Of a stretch of 12,041 nt of DNA, positions 7,129 to 12,041 are shown piece after piece (the stretch's first letter is position 1; every line of letters begins with the position of its first letter). Made by a program: the position numbers and the translations under genes. Source of the stretch: Deltaproteobacteria bacterium TL4. GTDB lineage: Bacteria; SAR324; NAC60-12. The DNA lies in NCBI GenBank assembly GCA_051382335.1, contig JBBCAX010000166.1:1-12041 (forward strand), given 5' to 3'. The notes beneath the pieces were generated by a model, which did no database searches, had not been told where the DNA came from, and saw only the letters and a list, made by a program, of their open reading frames with translations.

Positions 7129-7785
7129 ATGTTTAACTATCCTGCAAAGGCAGCCTTCAACCGGGTGCTGCCAAAGTCAAAGATATACGCCAATGTCAAA
7201 CCATCCAGGGCGATCAAGGACAAGTTCGTTTCACAAATCAGCGAAATTATCTGGAAGTATAAATTGTCCCCGGATACCACCAACCTTGACGCACGAGATG
7301 GATTCAGTGAGATTCAGATCTTCGAGATCATTCTCAAGGAGCCAGAACTCAACACCGATGTTCTAAGCGTTATCGATAAGGCGATTCCATACCCCCTGTT
7401 CTTTCAGTTGCGCTATGAGGATCAGGTGAAGGGCGTTGCGGCTTATAAGAGACCAGCAGAGGATGGATCAGGAACGTGGGTCATCGAGGAATATTTTGAA
7501 ACCGGCTGGTCGGATGTCACGACACCTCCCAGACCGCTGCCAGTTGCTCTTGACCTGAAAGCACTCTATGAACAGATGCTCCTTGCCTATATTGATCTGC
7601 CTCCATCCAACGGGGAAGCGTTAGCCTCTCTCGTGGATCGAGTCAGACAGATACGGAAATTGAAGCGAGAGCTGAAAGCACTGGAATCCAAGTTGAACAG
7701 TGAAAAGCAGTTTAACCGCAAGGTGGAGCTGAATGCCAAAGTACGAAGCCTGCAATCTCAATTATCAACATTGACCAAAACATAA
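7129..7785 (+). CDS. DUF4391-like protein
   Basis: About 218 aa (ATG 7129, or TTG 7123 overlapping the helicase stop). FNRVLPKSKIY, IIWKYKL, EIQIFEI, IDKAIPYP and a C-terminal coiled coil EKQFNRKVELN are characteristic. It sits between the SNF2 gene and mod. Confidence 0.82.
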   Translation: MFNYPAKAAFNRVLPKSKIYANVKPSRAIKDKFVSQISEIIWKYKLSPDTTNLDARDGFSEIQIFEIILKEPELNTDVLSVIDKAIPYPLFFQLRYEDQVKGVAAYKRPAEDGSGTWVIEEYFETGWSDVTTPPRPLPVALDLKALYEQMLLAYIDLPPSNGEALASLVDRVRQIRKLKRELKALESKLNSEKQFNRKVELNAKVRSLQSQLSTLTKT

Positions 7786-7802
7786 CTGGATACTGAAAAG
7801 GA

Positions 7803-9689
7803 ATGACTATGGATAAACTGAAAATGCAGAGCCCCAATGGGGTGGATGCCAATATTGAAAAACTCAAAACGCTCTTTCCAAACTGCATTACTGAAGACCG
7901 GGATGAAAACGGAATAGTACGTCGGGTCGTGGACTTTGACCAGTTACGGCAAGAACTTTCAACCAATTTGGTAGAAGGACCACGGGAGCGCTACACCTTG
8001 AACTGGCCCGGAAAAAACGAGGCGATACTGACCGCCAATGCCCCGATTGCCAAAACGCTGCGACCTTGCAAGGCAGAGAGTGTTGATTTTGAAAACACCA
8101 GGAACGTCTATATCGAAGGCGATAATCTGGATGCGCTCAAACTGCTTCAGGAAACCTACCTGAACAAAGTGAAGATGATCTATATCGACCCACCCTACAA
8201 CACCGGCAATGATTTCATTTATGAAGATGATTTTGCAGAAGATACGGAAGTCTTTTTACAACGTTCCAATCAGAAGGATGAAGAAGGAAATCGGCTGGTT
8301 GCCAATACGGAAGCAAATGGACGGTTTCATTCAGATTGGCTAAGCATGATGTATCCGAGGCTGAAATTGGCTCGGAACCTGTTGAGGGAAGATGGAGTGA
8401 TTTTTATTTCGATTGATGATCATGAAGTACACAATTTACGGAAGATTTGTGATGAAGTCTTTGGGGACGGAAATTTTATTGCCAATGTTGTGTGGCAAAA
8501 GAAGTATGCCGTATCGAATGATGATCCGGGAATAGCACCCATGCATGACCATATAATGGTTTTCCAAAAATCCACATCATTCCAACGAAACCTTCTCCCA
8601 AGAACTGAAAAACAGACACAACGATATAAAAATATTGACGATGACCCCCGTGGGCCTTGGACGTCTGGTGAATATGTGAGTGGCAAATCAAAAACTGAAC
8701 GACCAACATTATGGTATGCAATCAAACACCCTAAAACTGGTGAAGATGTTTGGCCAGCAGAGGATGCTGTTTGGAGATATTCTAGAGAGAAACATCAACA
8801 AATAGTTGTAGAAAATCGACTATATTGGGGGCCTAATGAATCCTACGAAAAACCAAGATTAAAACGATTTTTGGCTGAAATCCAAGACGGTGTTGTCCCG
8901 TCAACTTGGTGGCCGTTCACGGAAGTTGGTCATAATGATGAGGGACAAAAAGAAACGGGATTGTTACTTGGAAAAAAGATATTTAGTACCCCAAAACCTG
9001 TTAGACTCCTGCGGCGAATAATAGAAATATCGACCGGTAATAACGATATTGTCCTCGATTTCTTCTCAGGTTCATCCACCACCGCCCATGCTGTGATGCA
9101 ACTCAACGCTGAAGATGGTGGCAACCGTAAATTCATCATGGTGCAGCTCCCCGAACTGTGTGATGAGAAGTCAGAAGCCTTCAAAGCCGGTTACAAAACC
9201 ATTGCGGAAATCGGCAAGGAACGTATTCGCCGTGCCGGAAAGAAGATCAAGGAAGAAACCCCCCTCACCTCCCAGAACCTCGATATTGGTTTCCGAGTGT
9301 TCAAAATAGACACTTCCAACATGAAGGAGGTGTATTACACACCGGAGGAACTGAAACAGGAAAATCTGGAACTGTTCAAAGATCACATCAAGCCCGACCG
9401 TAGTAATGAAGACCTGCTGTTTCAGGTATTCATTGACTGGGGTCTTGACCTCACCCTCCCCATTGCCCAAAAAAGCATTGACGGCAAGACTGTCTTCCTG
9501 GTGGATGCCAATGCCTTGATCGCCTGTTTTGATTCCCCTGTTACCGAAGATCTGGTGAAGAAGTTGGCCGCACACAAACCCTTGCGGGTGGTCTTCCGGG
9601 ATGATGCCTTTAGCAGCGATAGCGTCAAGATCAACGTCGAGCAGATTTTCAAACTGCTCTCCCCTGGAACGGAAGTGAAATCGATTTAA
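7803..9689 (+). CDS. mod: Type III restriction-modification methyltransferase (Mod subunit, beta-class amino-MTase)
   Basis: ERYTLNWPGK, YIEGDNLDALKLL, catalytic IYIDPPYNTG, HSDWLSMMYPRL, FSTPKP, SAM-binding VLDFFSGSSTTAHAV, RKFIMVQLPE, DIGFRVFK. DPPY precedes the FxGS motif with the TRD in between. Confidence 0.95.
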   Translation: MTMDKLKMQSPNGVDANIEKLKTLFPNCITEDRDENGIVRRVVDFDQLRQELSTNLVEGPRERYTLNWPGKNEAILTANAPIAKTLRPCKAESVDFENTRNVYIEGDNLDALKLLQETYLNKVKMIYIDPPYNTGNDFIYEDDFAEDTEVFLQRSNQKDEEGNRLVANTEANGRFHSDWLSMMYPRLKLARNLLREDGVIFISIDDHEVHNLRKICDEVFGDGNFIANVVWQKKYAVSNDDPGIAPMHDHIMVFQKSTSFQRNLLPRTEKQTQRYKNIDDDPRGPWTSGEYVSGKSKTERPTLWYAIKHPKTGEDVWPAEDAVWRYSREKHQQIVVENRLYWGPNESYEKPRLKRFLAEIQDGVVPSTWWPFTEVGHNDEGQKETGLLLGKKIFSTPKPVRLLRRIIEISTGNNDIVLDFFSGSSTTAHAVMQLNAEDGGNRKFIMVQLPELCDEKSEAFKAGYKTIAEIGKERIRRAGKKIKEETPLTSQNLDIGFRVFKIDTSNMKEVYYTPEELKQENLELFKDHIKPDRSNEDLLFQVFIDWGLDLTLPIAQKSIDGKTVFLVDANALIACFDSPVTEDLVKKLAAHKPLRVVFRDDAFSSDSVKINVEQIFKLLSPGTEVKSI

Positions 9690-9699
9690 GGGGGCAGCT

Positions 9700-10887
9700 A
9701 TGCGTCAGAAAAAAATAACCACGAAAAAGACGAAAACAGCTTCGGATAATTCTCTGCTGGATCGTGTTGTTTTGATCCTGGAGCAGGCTCGCACCCATGT
9801 GGTCAGAGCGGTCAATAGCAGTATGGTGACGGCTTATTGGCTGATCGGGCGTGAGATTGTACTGGAACTTCAAGGCGGCGATGAACGGGCAGAATATGGC
9901 AAGCAGGTGATTGAAAACCTTTCCAGGCAGCTTACTGAAAGGTATGGAGGGGGATTTTCAGCCGCTAACTTATGGCTTTTCAAACAGTTTTATCTCACAT
10001 ACCCAAACCACCATCCAATTCTCTACCCATCGGGACGAGAATTGAGAGATCAGCAAAAACTCGACCCAACGGGTGGGGAATTGACAGGAGCAGAGCAAAA
10101 AGGTCGCACAGCGGGTGACGAGTTTGTCCCCTGTTTCAATCCGCACCTGAGCTGGTCACACTATCGGGCACTGATGCGGGTTGTCAAACCGGAGGCCCGT
10201 GAGTTCTATGAGCGGGAGGCCATTGAATGCGGCTGGGATAAACGGTCGCTGGAGCGGCAGATCCATTCGCAGTATTACGAACGAATGCTGAAAAGCCAGA
10301 ACCCGCAGAAAATGATAGAAACCGCACGGCTGGAAATTGTACCACGCCCGGAAGGTATTGAGTCTTTGAAGAATCCGTATGTCCTGGAGTTTTTAGGGTT
10401 GCCGGAAGTATCTACGTTGCACGAGAAACAGCTTGAAACCGCAATCATCACCCACCTGCAAACCTTCCTTCTGGAACTGGGCAAGGGCTTTGCTTTTGTT
10501 GCTCGTCAGAAACGAATGCGCTTTGACGATACCGACCTGTATGTCGATCTGGTCTTTTATAACTGCATCCTCAAATGCTATCTGCTCATTGACCTGAAAA
10601 TGGGTGAGTTGTCGTACCGGGATGTTGGGCAGATGGACGGCTATGTGCGTATGTTCGAGGATCTGTACACCGCACCAGACGACAACCCCACTATTGGGCT
10701 TATTCTGTGTACGGAAAAGAATGAAGCCGTGGCAAAATATTCTGTTCTAAATGACCGCAAACAGATTTTCGCCTCGAAGTACATGCTGTACCTGCCGACT
10801 GAAAAAGAATTGGCAGTGGAACTGGAACGAGAACGACGCTTGATTGAGGCTCACTTGAGCGAAAAGGATGATACGAGTACCGAATAA
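9700..10887 (+). CDS. YhcG/DUF1016-family PD-(D/E)XK nuclease-domain protein
   Basis: AVNSSMVTAYWLIGREIV, RAEYGKQVI, LSWSHY, REFYEREA, W..RSLERQI, KNPYVLEFL, FLLELGKGFAFVARQKR, DLVFYN...LIDLK, GQMDGYV, DNPTIGLILC, FASKYMLYLP. Confidence 0.93.
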   Translation: MRQKKITTKKTKTASDNSLLDRVVLILEQARTHVVRAVNSSMVTAYWLIGREIVLELQGGDERAEYGKQVIENLSRQLTERYGGGFSAANLWLFKQFYLTYPNHHPILYPSGRELRDQQKLDPTGGELTGAEQKGRTAGDEFVPCFNPHLSWSHYRALMRVVKPEAREFYEREAIECGWDKRSLERQIHSQYYERMLKSQNPQKMIETARLEIVPRPEGIESLKNPYVLEFLGLPEVSTLHEKQLETAIITHLQTFLLELGKGFAFVARQKRMRFDDTDLYVDLVFYNCILKCYLLIDLKMGELSYRDVGQMDGYVRMFEDLYTAPDDNPTIGLILCTEKNEAVAKYSVLNDRKQIFASKYMLYLPTEKELAVELERERRLIEAHLSEKDDTSTE

Positions 10888-10922
10888 ATTAAGAATAAAA
10901 AAGAATAAATTAAGAATAAAAA
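10882..10922. repeat. 20-bp AT-rich direct repeat, 21-bp period
   Basis: GAATAAATTAAGAATAAAAA at 10882 and 10903; partial third copy ATAAATTAAGA at 10955-10965. Confidence 0.85.
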
Positions 10923-10972
10923 CAATAAAACATCAATAAATACAATTGATTGATATAAATTAAGAGGAAAAA

Positions 10973-11926
10973 ATGAAACTTAAATTCAAAAAACAACCCT
11001 TCCAGACTGACGCAGTCAATGCTGTTGTGGACTGCTTCGCCGGACAACTGAAAACCGAAGGTGTCACTTATCGTATAGATCCCGGCAAAGGCAGCAGTTC
11101 CAAAAGGACTGGGCCATTCCAAGTGAGTTTTGATTTATCCCAATCGGGCTTTAAGAACCGTGAACTACTCAAGTCGCTTCCCCTGCTGGAAAATATCCAG
11201 GCTGTGCAGCGACGGCAGAACCTCCCCCAGTCCACAAAACTGATCAGCACCAAGGTTTGCCCGGTCAATCTGGATATTGAGATGGAAACCGGCACGGGTA
11301 AAACCTACTGCTATATCAAGACCATGTTCGAGCTGAACCGCCGTTATGGTTGGTCAAAATTTATCGTGGTTGTGCCGTCCATCGCAATTCGTGAAGGTGT
11401 GTTCAAGTCCTTCGAGATAACCGCCGAGCATTTCATGGAGGAATACAACAAGCGGGCACGCTTCTTTCTCTATAATTCCAAACAACTGCATCACCTGGAA
11501 CAATTCTCCTCGGATGGGGGGATCAATGTCATGATTATCAATGTCCAGGCATTCAATGCAACCGGTAAAGATGCTCGCAGAATCTATGAAGAACTGGATG
11601 ATTTTCAGTCACGAAAACCGATGGATGTCATTGCGGGAAATCATCCGATCATGATTCTGGATGAACCTCAGAAGCTGGAGGGAGCTAAAACGTTTGATTC
11701 GCTGGTGAAATTCAATCCACTGGCCATCTTGCGCTATTCCGCCACCCACAAGACCGAGCACAATAAAATTCACCGACTGGATGCTCTGGATGCTTACAAT
11801 CAGAAGCTGGTCAAGAAGATTGCTGTTCGAGGAATCACCGTCAGGGGGTTGACGGGCACGAATGCCTATCTCTATCTGGAATCCATTCAGATTTCATCGG
11901 GGCCCCCGGTTGCCCAATGTCAGTAA
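10973..11926 (+). pseudogene. res: Type III restriction endonuclease Res subunit, 3'-truncated (N-terminal helicase motifs only)
   Basis: [28 protein letters not shown] (motif I), [21 protein letters not shown] (II), LRYSATH (III), [15 protein letters not shown]. It ends at 317 aa, whereas intact Res subunits are roughly 900-1000 aa; the stop lies inside a putative IS terminus. Confidence 0.9.
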
Positions 11927-12041
11927 CTTAAGGATTTGACAAAGACAATGATTTTAAAAGCTACTTTTTTCCTGAAAATTTGATTGGAATAAAGATAACG
12001 TTTCGCTAGCAGAGCGTAAATAATACCGAAGACGAGCCCGT
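11915..12041. mobile_element. Probable end of an IS4-family insertion sequence inserted in res
   Basis: CAATGTCAGTAACTTAAGG at 11915-11933 resembles IS4/IS231-type terminal repeats as I recall them (ATG-N6-7-AACTTAAG/AGTTAAG). It coincides with loss of the res frame and an abrupt switch to AT-rich non-coding DNA. Confidence 0.65.

Noticed and set aside
7803..9689. Phase-variable mod (phasevarion)
   Set aside because: No simple-sequence repeat tract in or before mod; only short homopolymers such as C6 near 9259.
137..11295. Other short overlapping ORFs in the six-frame track
   Set aside because: All overlap better-supported genes in other frames or strands and have no recognisable motifs.
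1..12041. Composite transposon bounded by the two putative IS ends
   Set aside because: The two termini (CTGGACTTTGAAC vs CAATGTCAGTAACTTAAG) are unrelated in sequence.
1463..12041. DGR template repeat or reverse transcriptase in the window
   Set aside because: No AAC-rich copy of 1331-1460 was seen and no ORF has RT (YxDD) domain features; the A-rich 10882-10970 tract is unrelated.

Overview
Accessory/defence-island window from a bacterium. Left to right: a probable IS end abutting a 5'-truncated PIN/VapC toxin remnant; a short coiled-coil ORF; a secreted FGE-sulfatase (C-type-lectin fold) gene whose 3' end looks like a diversity-generating retroelement (DGR) variable region, with no template repeat or reverse transcriptase in the window; a 590-bp intergenic region packed with hairpins, an 11-bp palindromic tandem repeat, a MITE-like element and a REP-like CGCAAAG palindrome; an AAA-ATPase/PD-(D/E)XK nuclease gene; and a co-oriented cluster SNF2 helicase - DUF4391-like protein - Type III Mod methyltransferase - YhcG/DUF1016 nuclease - Type III Res. 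Res is cut off after about 314 codons at what looks like an IS4-family terminal inverted repeat. All family calls come from motif recognition by eye; no database searches were run.
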